DNA of 63,880 nt, filler included, from Choristocarpus tenellus KU-1152 (GCA_964200185.2; 11 parts of 11 records of this genome joined end to end with filler, not necessarily neighbours in it), one strand, 5' to 3'. Counted from the first letter of the whole stretch, positions 11,900 to 25,394 are shown. Numbers and translations are program-made. Notes: generated from the letters alone by a model not told the origin.

Positions 11900-12260
11900 T
11901 ACCTGATACGGTAAAGCTATATACGCATCAGGGTTACATGCAACCATATTTGGAGTACATTACGCCCAATGGACAGTTCTTTCTTGTGCATATCATTGAT
12001 CAGGTGGTGAGTGACAGAGTGAACCTAGGAGCACATGGACATGCATCCAGAACGGAATGGATGTATGTCTGGTGATACTGCAACTACTGTTGTGTTGTAT
12101 GCAGAGCAAGTAGCCATGCCTCATCTACATGAAATAGGCGTGTTCATGCGGTGCATTAGGTGCCAAACAAACAATGCTGGCGGTGTAGAGCTGTGTGCAC
12201 TTGTGGATCAAGTTAGTGCACACTTCTTGCTTCAACCCTGAAGCTTGAAACTTACAAAAA
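11900..12260 (-). pseudogene. Decayed Ty1/Copia RNase H fragment
   Basis: Minus-strand translation with stops, SKK...STSAHSST ... HHLINDMHKKELSI, resembles the Copia W.SKKQ..VA.SST and H.IRD....I motifs. Confidence 0.35.
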
Positions 12261-13401
12261 ACTTATTCACAGCATTGGTGGTTACAGCATACGAAAATTG
12301 TACTTTCCTACAATACAACAGGCCAAAGTACTGTCAGAACACCACCACATCATCAGCCAATTGATATAATATACTTTCTGTACTTCTGTTGACCTAAATT
12401 AGAACAATACAAATTAAGCTATTTAGCACTGCAATCACGTTAAAACTCCCGATAAACCTACTCTGTACTGGTATAGACTGGAAATTAGCTGGTCTAGTTC
12501 CCTGAATTCTGACCGGTTGACAAGGAAACGAATCAAAATCTGATTTGAGAAGGGAGGACAAGAAACACCTAGAGTGCAGAATAAAAGGGCAAGAAAAATA
12601 TGCAAGACCAACACAAAATCGCATATTTCGAACCATGTATGTTCTTTTCGCTTTCTAGTGCATGTCCCAATGATGACCTAGAAACCTGTAGCACAGTAGC
12701 ATGTTTGTACAAAATACTCCAAAGTGCTAAGTGGTGATCTGGTGCACCTGTCTCTGAGATTCACTTTTGCTATCATAAACCCAATACAAGCCATAACATC
12801 TGTATTGCCCTAACCGCGTCCATGCCCACCATGGAGTAACTTCTTGATATCACTTTCAGAAGGAGACTGTTTTGGCCTCAGTAATTCAGGGGGGAGATCA
12901 AATGCAGGGATAGGTAGTAGGGGATTGGTTAGGGCTAGGGTTCGGAGAATTATGCCTGGGTAAGGTACTGTTGATAATGAATCAATGTACTCAGTTGATT
13001 GTCAGTTGTTTATTTTCGTGTTTCAATCACTTCTTGTTGGATGTGCAACATATTATGCACTCCCGGGAATTACTTTCCTGGTGTAGAAGCACATGTACCA
13101 TATTGAGCTGATGTTCCCAGGTACAACAAAACTATTTCTTACACTATGCTGGAGGTGCAAGCTGATATTTTGTGCAACTCCTGTAGATCGCAACTCAGTA
13201 GATCTCAATTGAGAGAGTGTTGATAGCAAGCATTTTATACCACAAAATCATATCTCATACCATAGAATAAATGTTCCAATTCGACAGAATTAACAAGATG
13301 TAGGTACGAGTCTATGCTGCTTAGGCTTACTTTTTAGAGTTAGAAAACCATTGCATGATGGAGTCTTCCCAGCCACTTGCTCCATTGATGGAGAAGCAAG
13401 T

Positions 13402-13476
13402 GACCCAAAGTATCTCGGGGGGGGGAGGGGGGGGGGGGAATACACCAGGGTGTCCATTTGGGCCAAATTCAGGAAA
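13402..13476 (+). mobile_element. MITE-like family B, left end cut by the gap
   Basis: GACCCAAAGTATCT + poly-G + TACACCAGGGTGTCCATTTGGGCC. Confidence 0.8.
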
Positions 13477-13681
13477 NNNNNNNNNNNNNNNNNNNNNNNN
13501 NNNNNNNNNNNNNNNNNNNNTTAATTAATTAANNNNNNNNNNNNNNNNNNNNNNNNNNNNNNNNNNNNNNNNNNNNGGGGGGGGGGGGGGGGGGGGGGGA
13601 ATCGCCAGGACCAGAGGAGGTTACCAGCGTGGAAGATTCAATCTCAGGAGGAGGTGTTCATGTGGGAGGTTGGGGATCAAC

Positions 13682-14270
13682 CTACCTACCTGCCCCGAGG
13701 CTTATTGTGAGGCCACCCTGTTGCCTGCTGCCCTGTGGCCTGCCCTGTAGCCAAAGGTATATAAATGATTGTTTGTGTAGCTGCCCCAGGTCCAGTCGAT
13801 TGAGTCCCTTGAACCAATTTGGTTTCGATATCGATAGGCTTGTGGCCCAAGAATGGCAAAGACTGAGGCAACGGGCACTGATTGGTGGGTTTTCTAAGAG
13901 GGGAAAGGCGTTGGTTATTCCCGGCGGCTCTGGAGCACGGACTGGAGCTGTTTGTGTAGTGACAGGTGGCGGTGATGAACATGCGACCGATGAAGGGGAC
14001 CGTGGAGTATTCCCAGTTTTGGATGCAGGTGAAGAAGGGTTTGATCTTATGCATTCAGGCGTACTAGTTGAAGAAGCTGTTGATGGGCGTGGAACAGGAG
14101 GTGACGAGGGAGACATGGAAAGAGAAGGGGAAGAGCAGCAGCTGGAGAGGGTTGGGTGCTCTGTGGCAGATAGATTGGCTCTGGGGCTAAAGGAGGCAAG
14201 CAGTCACAGAGCCTTCTTGGATGAGATGCTGGTGACAAGGGCGTGGCTGCTATTGGATGCATGGTACATT
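13682..14270 (-). pseudogene. Ser/Pro-rich ORF interrupted by one TGA; possibly transposon-derived
   Basis: MYHASNSSHALVTSISSKKAL* appears to continue in frame into the 144-aa ORF 13682-14116; no family recognised. Confidence 0.25.
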
Positions 14271-14555
14271 GCCCTGTTTTGTTGGTTTTGTGGAGGAAGA
14301 GGCTAGTTGTGGTTGGAGAGGGGCAGGGGGGAGTGTGTAAGAGGAGCTTTTGTGAGCAGAATTACCAATTGGGCAAATCGTAGTGGGGTATATTTTTTCG
14401 TTTTTTCGAAACAAGATTTTTGAGGTAAAGAAACCAATAGATACGGATGGTTGATGCATTTCTTCTTCATTTTTTTTTTTTGTGAGTTACATCCATGTTG
14501 CCTACCGATACCACTCTGTGACACATATTATTTTTGCCCTATCCCCTACCTTGTT

Positions 14556-14966
14556 GTTAAGGTAAATGGTGTTAAATAAAGTATGTGATGTTAAGGTAAG
14601 TGGTGTTAAGGTAAATGGTGTTTGGGTAGGTGATGTTAAGGTAGGTATTGTTAAGGAAAATATTTTCACGGTAAATGATGTTAAGGTAAGTATTGTCAAG
14701 GTAAGTGATGTTTAGGTAAGTATTGTCAAGGTAAATGATATTAAGGTAAATGCTGTTAAGGTAGGCGATGTCAAGGTGAATGTTGCTAAGGTAAATGATG
14801 TTAAGGTAAATATTGTTAAGGTAGGCGATGTGAAGGTGAATGATGTGAAGGTGAATGTTGTTAAGGTAAATATTATTAAGGTAGGCGATGTGAAGGTGAA
14901 TGTTGTTAAGGTAAATATTATTAAGTTTGGCGATGTGAAGGTGAATGTTGTTAAGGTAAATGATGA
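14556..14966. repeat. Minisatellite, 15-bp unit (GTTAAGGTAAATGAT consensus), about 27 copies
   Basis: Direct inspection; it generates the periodic ORFs 14572-15045(-) and 14776-15015(+). Confidence 0.95.
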
Positions 14967-15637
14967 CTACAACAATAAACGAACAAGAACTTTTTGTGAA
15001 CTGAATGTGAACTGAATACCAAACTGGAATTTCTTTCATTTTCAAACAGCTATGTCAGATCTTTTTTTGAAGGACGCCGGTGGCAAGATGCCCTTGGACG
15101 CTTCCTACATAATCCCCCTGTCACCCTCAAGGACAAGAGGGTCCTGCTCAAGGTTTGCAAATTCTTGGGAGGCGGTGTACGGGCAATGTCTCCTGCTGGG
15201 CTAAAGGCCCTCTGCTCCTCTGTTGAGGTACAATGTGTGCTATGAATTGAGGAGGGTTTCGGAGCTTGTAGGCGTGTTGAAGCAACAACAGGCGTAGTGA
15301 CAAACTGCTGTCATTATTAGGTGTACGTTTTTTTTAATAGAAGTGTTAGGGTTAGGGTGGAGTGTACCGAGTGGGTAACAGGAACCCGGTGAAGGAGGCG
15401 TATCACAGTTGCATGTTTGAGGTTTGATATTTATATAATGAGACGCAGACACACTCTCTCCCTCAATTATTGTTATTATTGTTATTTTTTAGTGTATATT
15501 TTTACACTTTTGTTTGTTATTTGAATAGAGCTGAGAACAATGCATGGTATAAGGTCTTCCAGCATGATATGATATGATGTGATATATATATATATATAAA
15601 TTGTCAATCACCTGGTTCAGCACTGTCCTGGAAGATG

Positions 15638-15748
15638 TAGACTTGTTAGTAGACTTATTAGTAGACCTGTTAGTAGACTTGTTAGTAGACTTGTCAGTAG
15701 ACTTGTTAAGAGACTTGTCCTTTTCATGATTACTTGTTAGTAGACTTG
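15638..15748. repeat. Short tandem repeat, ~13-bp unit (TAGACTTGTTAGT)
   Basis: Repeated about 7 times. Confidence 0.8.
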
Positions 15749-15869
15749 CACAGAGTCTTATCCTTTCATGATAGGGTTAGGGGTGGCAGGGGGTTGCTGT
15801 GTGATCGCATTCTATTGGTCTGTTGATGAAATCCTGTTGACCAATGGCTCCGTCCTGTTGTGTAATAAT

Positions 15870-15990
15870 TACGTCCTACTGGGAAATCTTGACATCCTAT
15901 TGGCCAATGGTTTCGTCCGGTTGGGAAATTGTGACACCCTATTGGCCAATGGTTTCGTCCGGTTGGGAAATTGTGACATCCTATTGACCG
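15870..15990. repeat. Tandem repeat, ~45-bp unit
   Basis: GGGAAATTGTGACA.CCTATTGGCCAATGGTTTCGTCCGGTT occurs 2-3 times. Confidence 0.75.
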
Positions 15991-17919
15991 GTTATATTTT
16001 TTTGTGTCCTATGGCTAGCAGTGATTTAGCAAGTTTTTTCGTGTTCATGTGACCGGTGAGAAAGAGATTTCTTTTTTTTATTTCTAGTATTCAGGACAAG
16101 AGAGTTAGGGTTTAGAGTATGTCTTTTTCTTCTGAATTTGATGTCAGTATCAATTAGCTTTTTTAAGTAGAGAGTTTCAATGCTGGTGGAAGGTCAGGGC
16201 TTCCTTAGCATTAGGGTTATAGGATTAGGGTTGTAGGTTTAAACAATCATTGCAATTTTTTCATGGGGATATAGAGCCCCATTATTAGGGATCAATGCCT
16301 ATGGGTTAGTATTAGGGTTAGGGTTAACACTTACTGACTTGACTCTGACAGGGTTAGACTTGACTCAGTCTATGGAACCTGGACTGGATTTAGGGTTAGA
16401 GCCATGTTAGGGCTAGCATTGACCCTTGGATAATAAAATGAATAACAAGAGGTATTTTTATTTAATTGGTTGTCGGGAATCATCAGGTTATTTTGTTATT
16501 TTCTTGGGCATAGAGTGTGTGGAGAGTGGATGTGCTGATAGTCATCCGCTCCACCTTCATCCACTCTATATTTTCTGATTTTGTGATGCGATACATACAT
16601 ATTTTTTAATTGAACAGAGGAGGAAATTCGTAATTCAAAATTAATGTTTTTTTTTTTATAGACTCTGCCCTCAACCTTTTGATAGACCTTCTCATCATCC
16701 TGTTGTTGTTGCCCCAAATTTGTTCATTCTAACCCTAACCCTAATTCTAATTCTAATTCTATATATATCTGAGTGTAATTTATTACAGTCACCGAGAAAG
16801 TGCTCGATAGGCGACCTCTACCCTAACCCTATCCAATACTCATCTGTTACCTTTTGTCTAACCTCTTTACATCTATCTCTATCTCTCTCTTTATGTATGT
16901 ATGTATTTATATTTTTTTATGAATGTGTATATATTTGTTGGGGGGGGGGGGCTTGGTTGTGCGTGTAAAAAGTCATGCCTTTTGCCAGTACTCTTTGATT
17001 CAGAAAGACACACCACTAGTCTGCAGGACTTCCTTGGGACCTGGGAGGCGGGTCAAAGGCGTATGCATGACACGGAGGGGAAGGGAGAGACAGAGGTGAA
17101 GAAGAACAGACCTTACCGCCTCTTTATTAATCCTAACCCTAACCCTAAGAAAAACAGACCTTACCACCTATTTATTAATCCTAACCCTGGCTGCATTTTG
17201 TCACTTCCCACTTCACAGCACATTAGTGATAGTAGTATAGTAATACTTCAAATACATACTTGAGTGAGTATAATATGTACATAAATAAAATAATGCATTT
17301 ATAATGTGTACTTCCAAATATTTCTATGATTTTTGTGCTGCAGTATGATATGGGTATGTATGTACATGAATACCCATATTTCCTCTTTTTTATTGTTCTA
17401 GACACGGCCACCTTCTCATAGAAAAAAATTATTGAAGGAAGATTTTTTTTTTTACTCAGAGTTGATTAAAAATGTATTTAAATTGGCAGATTCAGTGAGT
17501 CTCAAGGGATACGCAGTTGGGGAACCAACGGACTGTTGGAGATAGCCGGAGGTAGCATAGTGCTTAATGGAGGATATTTCTTGAATTAATCTAGAAAATA
17601 ATTATCAAAATAATTATCAAAATAAATATGAAGTCCTAGCCCTATTTTTTCATTATATTATTTTACAGATAAATTACACGCAAAAAAATACTTTTGTTTG
17701 TTTGTGACTGTATTGAGACCTCTGGTCACTCGATAGAAAGTACCCTGTCTTTTATTTCATTTTTATGATGAGGGGTCTGGTGAGGCGGAAGTCGCAAGTG
17801 AGGTCTCCAGTCAGGTCGCACAACATACATATACTCAGTAATACTGCACCAATCGAAGACATATTTCCTTTTTTATTGCACATAAAATATAAATAAGTAA
17901 AACGTCTGATGGTGTATGT

Positions 17920-17999
17920 GATCGTGTGCCCGAGTGGTCTAAGGGGTTGTGTTTAGGCCGCAATGTGAAAACGCGTGGGTTCGAACCCCACCGCGATCA
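17920..17999 (+). tRNA. tRNA-Leu (anticodon TAG), type II
   Basis: GATCGTG-TGCCCGAGTGGTCTAAGGGG-TTGTG-TT-TAG-GC-CGCAA-variable arm-GTGGGTTCGAACCCCAC-CGCGATC-A; A and B boxes intact. Confidence 0.93.
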
Positions 18000-19658
18000 T
18001 CATGTTTTTGGGATTTATGTGTGGGTTAATGGTCGAAGAATTTTGTCAGTAATTTTATTTATCGTAACTAAAAAATTACTGTAAAACTATAGGTAATTGT
18101 AGCTCAATAGAGGAGGAAGGATTTTGTTTGTACTATATTTTTTATTATTAATCTTGGTGTGCGAGTAAAATTCCTGTTATTTTTCTCCTTTAATTGTCGA
18201 ACTTGTCCCTTTCTTTTCTTTTTTCAATGGTACCACATACATAAAAATGCCTTCCTTTTTTTGGCAAAGGAAAGTGTAATTTTTCTTGTTTCTTTATTTG
18301 TCTTCTCTCCTCCGACTTGCACTCTGCTTACCACATTCTGTATATATATATAATATATATATATACATTTATCACTCAGAACTATAGTTCCGACATGTAC
18401 GATAACTCTCATTAAAAAAATAAATATATTACCAAATCGTGACGATGTGTACGATTGATTGCTAAAATGACAGGACTGATCAGAGTGTGTCTGTATGTAT
18501 GTGGGGGGGGGGGAGGGGTTACCATCAAGTTTGTTGTGAAGATGAGGTCGTATTGGACATGTTGATCTCATCAGCAATAATTTGTCAAGAACGGAAATGT
18601 CTTCCATTTGGAGTTGTAATATAATAGGCGAACGCAATTTGCTTTGACGCATTATGACTTCCGTGTCTAAGGTTCAACTTTACCCCCCCTCCATGGAGAT
18701 AATTTGCATATAACATTTTTTTTTTAAGTGAGTGTTCTCCCCCTGTACCCGTTGATGTGATGATAACGCCTCCTAAGAGATGCTGTTGAAGTTGAATCGG
18801 ACCATCAAAGGATGTTTTCAGAATAGTATTCTCGAGGTAAGGCTTGATTCTCTGTCGTTATTTTATTATTATTGTTCTGAATGGTATTACCGAGTTAGGC
18901 TTAATTATTTTTATTTTTTAGTATTATTATTCTGAACAGTATTCTCGAGGTAGACTTAATTCTTTGTTATTATTATTATTAGTACTATTATTATTTCTCT
19001 TGCTCACTTGTAGTCTGGAACTTGTCCAATACCTCCCACCCTGCCTACCCCCTCTGACCAGTGGTGAGATGGTGATAACGATAATAACGGTTAACTGTTT
19101 CTTGTACCACCCCTACCAACTAATAATATTGCTATTTTAGCAAGAGCGACACTCTGCCACACGCATCCAAAACTGATCGTGCTCTAGACATCCTAGATAA
19201 TTAGTGTCTGAGACGGGTTGTTTTGGGTACACTCACTGCAGGCGTGTTTCTAAACGGTGTTAATAATAACCATAAACGCTATTTGGTATGGCACTCCTGC
19301 ATGAGTAACAGTTGAAAGTTCCTCGACATCCGTAAGCCCTATCTCCCTCTTCTCCCTTTGGTTGTTAATCCTGTATCATGTATTCACTACCTCTCCTCGG
19401 CACACACTTCTTAGCTCGTGTTTTATGTATGTATGTTATGTATGTATGTATGTATGTGTGTGTGTGTTCATTCTTGTAGGTATAGGCGATTATATGCACT
19501 AACGTACACATAAACATGCATCATTTATCCGTGTCTTTATCTGTCCTTGTAATATTTGTATATACATAAGATACTTATGTGTGAGACGTATGAGTTTCTG
19601 CCTGCCTGTATGCTCCGATGTCTGTACGTACATAACATGAGATATATATATATTTTTT

Positions 19659-20020
19659 TACAACTCACCTTTCATGATATCATCTACCTGCCAATACTTT
19701 GTTAATATTTTGTTCAGCTTACCTTTTATGATATCATCCACCTGCCAAGACCTTGTTAATATTTTTTATAACTCACCTTTCATGATATCATCCACCTGCC
19801 AAGACTTTTTGTTAATATTTTGTACAACTCACCTTTCATGATATCATCCACCTGCCAAGACCTTGTTAATATTTTTTATAACTCACCTTTCATGATATCA
19901 TCCACCTGCCAAGACTTTGTTAATATTTTGTTCAGCTCACGTTTCATGATCTCATCTACATACCAAGACTTTTTGTTAATATTTTGTACAACACACCTTT
20001 CTTGATCTCATCTACCTTCC
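19659..20020. repeat. Minisatellite, ~54-bp unit x7
   Basis: TACAACTCACCTTTCATGATATCATCCACCTGCCAAGACTTTGTTAATATTTT repeated. Confidence 0.92.
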
Positions 20021-20739
20021 TCCTTGATAGTGCAACTCAAAATCGCATACGTACTCACCAAGATTAACAAAAAATAAAATATCTCTAATATTTTTTTTCG
20101 TTATCCGTCCTTTTACTGTTTATGTTTGTATTATTATTATTATTATTATTATCATTATTATTTATTTTTTTATTTGCACAGTTGAAGCTGTCCCTACAGG
20201 CCTCAGTCCTGCACCTGCTGGTGCTGGTGGTAAACTCGCCATCCCTAACCCTAACGTCCGCGACGGATATGGCTCAGTCACGCCTTCCCAAGGTTGGTCC
20301 AATGGTGGCACTGCAGTTGTGTGGCGCTTGTTTTTTTTCGTTTTTTCTTATGATAGTTTGATTAATAGTGATGATAATGGGTGTATTGTTTTTTGTGTTA
20401 TTACTAAAATATTGAAAAAGAAAATTTATGGGAACAGTAGATATATATTGGCTGCTGTTTCACAATCCGGAATATGATGTTTTTGGTGTGAATATGTATG
20501 TATTATGTGTATATGTATATATATATATGCGTTGCCTTTGCTGGCAAATGAAAGTGATTGAAAATCATTTTCATGTGTGTGTGTGGCATGGGGATCTTGT
20601 TATTTTGTTATCTAGTATATATCTTTGTTGCATGTGCTCTGTAGTATATTGTTTTTATTTTTTATTTTTTTTCTACATACTATAGGTATATATGTAAGTT
20701 TCCTGTGTACAAAGGGGCAGAGAGAGAGGAGTGTGTTTA

Positions 20740-20883
20740 ATAGTAGTAGTAGCAGTATTAGTAGTGGTGGTGGTGATGGTGGTAGTAGTAGTAGTAATAG
20801 TAGTGGTAGTACTAGAAGTAGTAGTAGTAATAGTAGTGGTAGTACTAGAAGTAGTAGTAGTAATAGTAGTGGTAGTACTAGAA
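20740..20883. repeat. (AGT/GGT)n microsatellite running into the gap
   Basis: Direct inspection. Confidence 0.9.
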
Positions 20884-23053
20884 NNNNNNNNNNNNNNNNN
20901 NNNNNNNNNNNNNNNNNNNNNNNNNNNTTAATTAATTAANNNNNNNNNNNNNNNNNNNNNNNNNNNNNNNNNNNNNNNNNNNNTGTATATAGTTTTCATT
21001 GGTTTTCCCCTGACACATCTGCAAAATGTCAGAGGGCATAATAATATAATATAACCATAACTTCTTCCCCAAACCCTCCTTCTAAACCCAATCAATTGCT
21101 TTACAATCTAGGTATTACGTGAAGCTACGTTCATAAACAAGTGTAATAATGTTTGTAGAAGTATGTTTTTGACATTTGATAGCATACGTGACTATCTGTT
21201 GCACTCCCTAAAATTATAATTATGTAGTACTTCGAACTAGCGTTTTAGAGTATCACAAAATTGGAAAAATCCAAGACGAATTGTTCTTCACACACTAAAA
21301 ACGTGTTCTGAATTATATTAGAGTATGTCCTTTCCCGTCTTCCTCCTCCTAGTCAATGCCATGTTTCCGTAAGTTACAAGTACCAAGAGAGGGGAAGCAT
21401 TCATGCACACACATACATGGTGATCCTGGTTTGCCAGAGAAGACAAGTTTGGTTTAAATTGGGCAAAAGGCTGAAGCGGAACTGGAACGGACATTTCAAG
21501 AGGAAACTTCCTTCAATGCCCTAATCGTGTGTCCTGCAAAAAACCCTTCTCCAAACAAAAATGAAATCACGAATGGGCGTGGTGTAGGGACTATGCCACT
21601 GGGGAGGGGAACGCCATTCAACTCTGCCATCCATACTCTAAAAATATAGCATATTGGCATTTGAATCAAAATCAGAGGCAAATAGGCCATACAAAACCCG
21701 ATCAATGCTCGATTGATCATGTTGTCAATCGCGGAGTTGAAGTGTTACGTGCATAGGGAAAATTTTCAGAAGGGTCGGTACATCAGTTGTAGCCGAGGGA
21801 AGACGCGTAACTTAGGGAAGTTAGCGAACGGCATTTTCGGTAAAATAGCGATTTATCTGTTTTGTGGAACGTGTTGTGTCGTCTCCTTGATCGAACTATA
21901 TTACAGTCAGAGTGATGTGGCATACTTAGATATGGCAAATGTGGTGCTCAAAGTACGAGTAATATACTAAGAGTTTCCCCATTGTCGCTGTGAAACAGAT
22001 GGAAACAGACCGACATGTTCTTCAGACTGAAGGGGATCGGGAAGATCCACAAGAGGCAAGAAAATAGAGAGAGACAAGGCAAGAGGGAGAGCAATCCCTT
22101 AGAAGATCACTCAGGAAAGAGTATACAAGTAAAACGTGAATGCGGGGGGTTGCAAGGTCCCCTCAAACCACTCCCTATTCACTTGAAGCAGATGTTTACT
22201 TCAACATGTAAAAGCACTGTCATATCAACAACAGATCTTCAAGGTAGATAACCTTAAAGGTATAACTTAAGGGGAAGATAACTCTCACAATTGATACGTA
22301 TAATTATATATTTCTTGCCAATCGTTTTAGGGGTGTGTTGCGGGCAAACGTGATGATGCGGGTATGGCATTTTATATATTTTAACTTTTAGGCTGTTGCC
22401 AACATGTGTCACAATAACCACTTGTGCCGAGCTTCTTTTCGTGGTGTCCACCTGCGTCTATCCCTGAACCAGAGAAGTAGATCTCTAGGCATTCAAAAAC
22501 AAGCGTGGGACTGTTCTGATACTTCTTCTTTTTTGCTGGGAGCTGTCCCAGATTTGAGAGTTCACGTTCTCCATGTTCAAGCCACGGGGTGCTGCTCTGT
22601 ATTTCCTCCTACTAATGTCCTGCCGAAACATACATCATGTAAGGTGTGATATTAAATTTGAGCTTCCCTCTTCAATGGTCTACTCATTTGCAATGTTCCA
22701 TATACTACAATTGGCTCTATACCCTCATGCACGCACAGATAAAATCGCTTTTGGCAGTGCAAATTAGTGATCAACTGCCCACTCCGATGTAAGTAAGGGC
22801 GGTTAGTTTCCCAGATAAACAGCACAGAATGACACTGTCCAATATGAAGGTCCACCAGTCTAAGCACACCAAGAAATGTGGTGAACAGCATCTATCTCTG
22901 TGAACCACAAAAAAATGATAAACAAATATCACTGACTCCACTGAGAGATATATATCCTTGAGTGATATGCACTATATTTACATATATTTGCGGTCCTAGC
23001 CCCTGCCCCGCAATATCCAACTTGTTGAAAGCCCTGTATTTTGTTTAGCCCTA

Positions 23054-23510
23054 TCAGGATTTCAACTGCCAATACCTCCATAATGGGACTTGTGCTGAGA
23101 GTGGACTCCTCTCCCATCGAGGACCCAGCTTTTCGTGTTCGTATATTGGTGGGTGCTTCCTGCGGGAGCAGATGATGTGCGACTTCTTTTTCATGCGATC
23201 CCTGTGTAGGTGTGTCTCAAAGTCAACTCTATTTCCCGTTTCTGGGTCTGTCCCCACAAAAAGCTCTGGGTCGTCCCCACGAAGGTCTACGGTGAAATCC
23301 TTGTGATCGACAAAGGGCTCTGAGGCGAAGGCAGAAACAGGGGCGGGTCTCAGAAGGGCGCGGCGTCCACTGGGCAGGCGAGCATTCCGGACCATGCGAA
23401 ACGCAGTCTTCTTGATGGGTGATTGGAGAATTTCCTTGGCCCTATCCACCTGAAGGGGCCGGTCACGTACACTGAAACTTCCCACGAGAAAGTCTGTGTT
23501 GTCCACAACT
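23054..23510 (-). CDS. Probable downstream exon of the CFAP92-like gene
   Basis: 150-codon, GC-richer, protein-like ORF (VDNTDFLVGSFSVRDRPLQVDRAKEILQSP...DFETHLHRD) with candidate AG acceptors near 23510; same strand as, and downstream of, the 25137-25394 exon. Confidence 0.5.
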
Positions 23511-25136
23511 ACCTACCAGTGGGTTGCGGATGAGATCGAGCACATATATAAATTTTAGATTTTTATATTCATAGATATATTACATTTATATAATGTTATA
23601 CTTATATATATTAATGTAGAAATATGTGGTGGAAGGGCGACGAGATATTTTGTAGTAGGCCTTTAGGAGATGCATAGGCTCAAGAGTGATGTATACTTTT
23701 TGTATGGACCGAATTGCTTTGAATATTTCTGCTTTCCTTGAGGAAAAGCGATGATTGGAACAAGAGTAGCAAGCATGAAACAGGCGATATTGATTTTAGT
23801 TCTGAGTATAACCCTAGCCTTATTGATGGGAAAAGTAATTGCTAGGCATACACTGAGGTAGAGAGGCCAATCGTTGATGGGTGGAGTGGGGTTGAGATAT
23901 CGCAATACACAGTCCAACACCCTAAACCCTAACCCCGGCTCTTAGCCCTGAAATATCTCAATATATAATCTGGTCCCTACGAGAGCAAAAACACACACAC
24001 ACAGCACTTATCATATTTGATGGAAGTAGCCCATTTCCACATGGAGCCTATCCTGTCTTTGCAATATAGGTCAGATACAGTCAATGACTCAGGGCTCCTA
24101 TTATTTTCTGATTTCAAGTCACTTTTTCACATATCGGGGTCATGGAATAGCCACCTAATGGACACAGTTCCCAACATGACAAGCGTTTCCACAAACCACT
24201 GAAAGAAGGATAAATTAGGAGTGTGTGTGTTGTGCCTGGAGACTATTCCAACATCTTGTTTGTCCTGACTCTACCCCCCTATAATAAAAAAAAGCTAGTC
24301 TGTAGCATTTGAGATGGGGTAGTAATCATTTAGGCCCCTACTTGATCAGTGCCTGGAAAACGGCATTACCTTGCTCTTCCAGATCTCTTCCTCCTTCAAT
24401 TTGGTATCGGCCTTTTCCTTTGCCAGACCATCACCCCCGAGGTGGACACTTTGGAAGAATCCAGGGTTTACACAGGACTTCATACGTCCCCTGGGAAGGC
24501 GTGAACGATTGCCAATGAGGCTTGTATCACAATCTCTGTCATATTCCGGCGGCTGCAATGACGGGAAGGCGTAGCAAGTTGTAGGTTTATGAATAAAAAG
24601 AAATGTGTTCAATCCACCAGCGTGTTGGGCATTGCTGGGATCCTAATACTAGTTGCAAAGATATGAAGTCAGCAGTGACATATTCACAGGCTTCAATAAT
24701 AGCCATCAAATCAGAATCTTCGTCAGCCAAATCGCATTGACAACCTTATCTTCTCTGTCCTAAGGCCATGGTTTCGATTACCGTGGTGGAGCTTTCTAAA
24801 GATAAAAAGTGCTTCAAACTATGTCTTCTTACTAGGCACTATTTTTGCACTCTATTATGTTGAGCGTTCAAACGTTCGCTGCACCTACAATACAAAGACC
24901 CAATCCTAACCTACCTGGTCCTAGTTGACTATTGGACACGCCAACCTCCAAGTGATCAACTCACAAACCGAAAACTATTATGGATATATCATGTGCCCTG
25001 CTGAAGACGTTGCCATGCCCCGACTTTCCTACAGAATTTCCAAGGAAAAGTGTTCCCCCCCTTCCCCTGTACCCCCCCTATCCACAAGTACTCACACTAT
25101 ACCAAAGAAATGAAGTACCAATCAGTGAGAACATAC

Positions 25137-25394
25137 CTCTAGCCCCCCAAATATCATTTTCCCGTTGGAAGGTATACTGTAAAAGTCCTCCCTTCCAGGA
25201 ATAGGATTGTTGTCCGAATCATCAGCCTGTGACTGGATTCTTCCCCCCCGAAGCTCGTTTTCAACCCATGGCTCACGCAGAATCTCCACTCGACTCTCAC
25301 TAAGTTTTTTTGGGTGGACGATGTAGTCATGAGGACTCTTGGGAAATGGCCACCTGAACCCTTTGACAGTCTTCCAGGAAGCTCTATTCCTTGC
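25137..25394 (-). CDS. Internal exon of a CFAP92/KIAA1257-like cilia/flagella-associated protein
   Basis: CAG acceptor at 25395-97, GTATGT donor at 25136, 258 nt. ARNRASWKTVKGFRWPFPKSPHDYIVHPKKLSESRVEILREPWVEN matches the W.T..GF..P...HPK....R...L..PW.EN motif I recall for that family. Confidence 0.6.

Noticed and set aside
13629-14306. 225-aa plus-strand ORF
   Set aside because: GTG start, no recognisable motif; likely antisense to the Ser/Pro-rich minus-strand frame
14502-14520. TGGTATC (minus strand) as an LTR primer-binding site
   Set aside because: The match is only 7 nt and no paired LTR could be found
14572-15045. Pentapeptide-repeat ORFs called as real genes
   Set aside because: Explained by the 15-bp minisatellite; no independent coding evidence, so kept only as a hypothesis in findings
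20625-20939. Poly-Ser and poly-Val ORFs
   Set aside because: Translations of an (AGT)n microsatellite running into a gap
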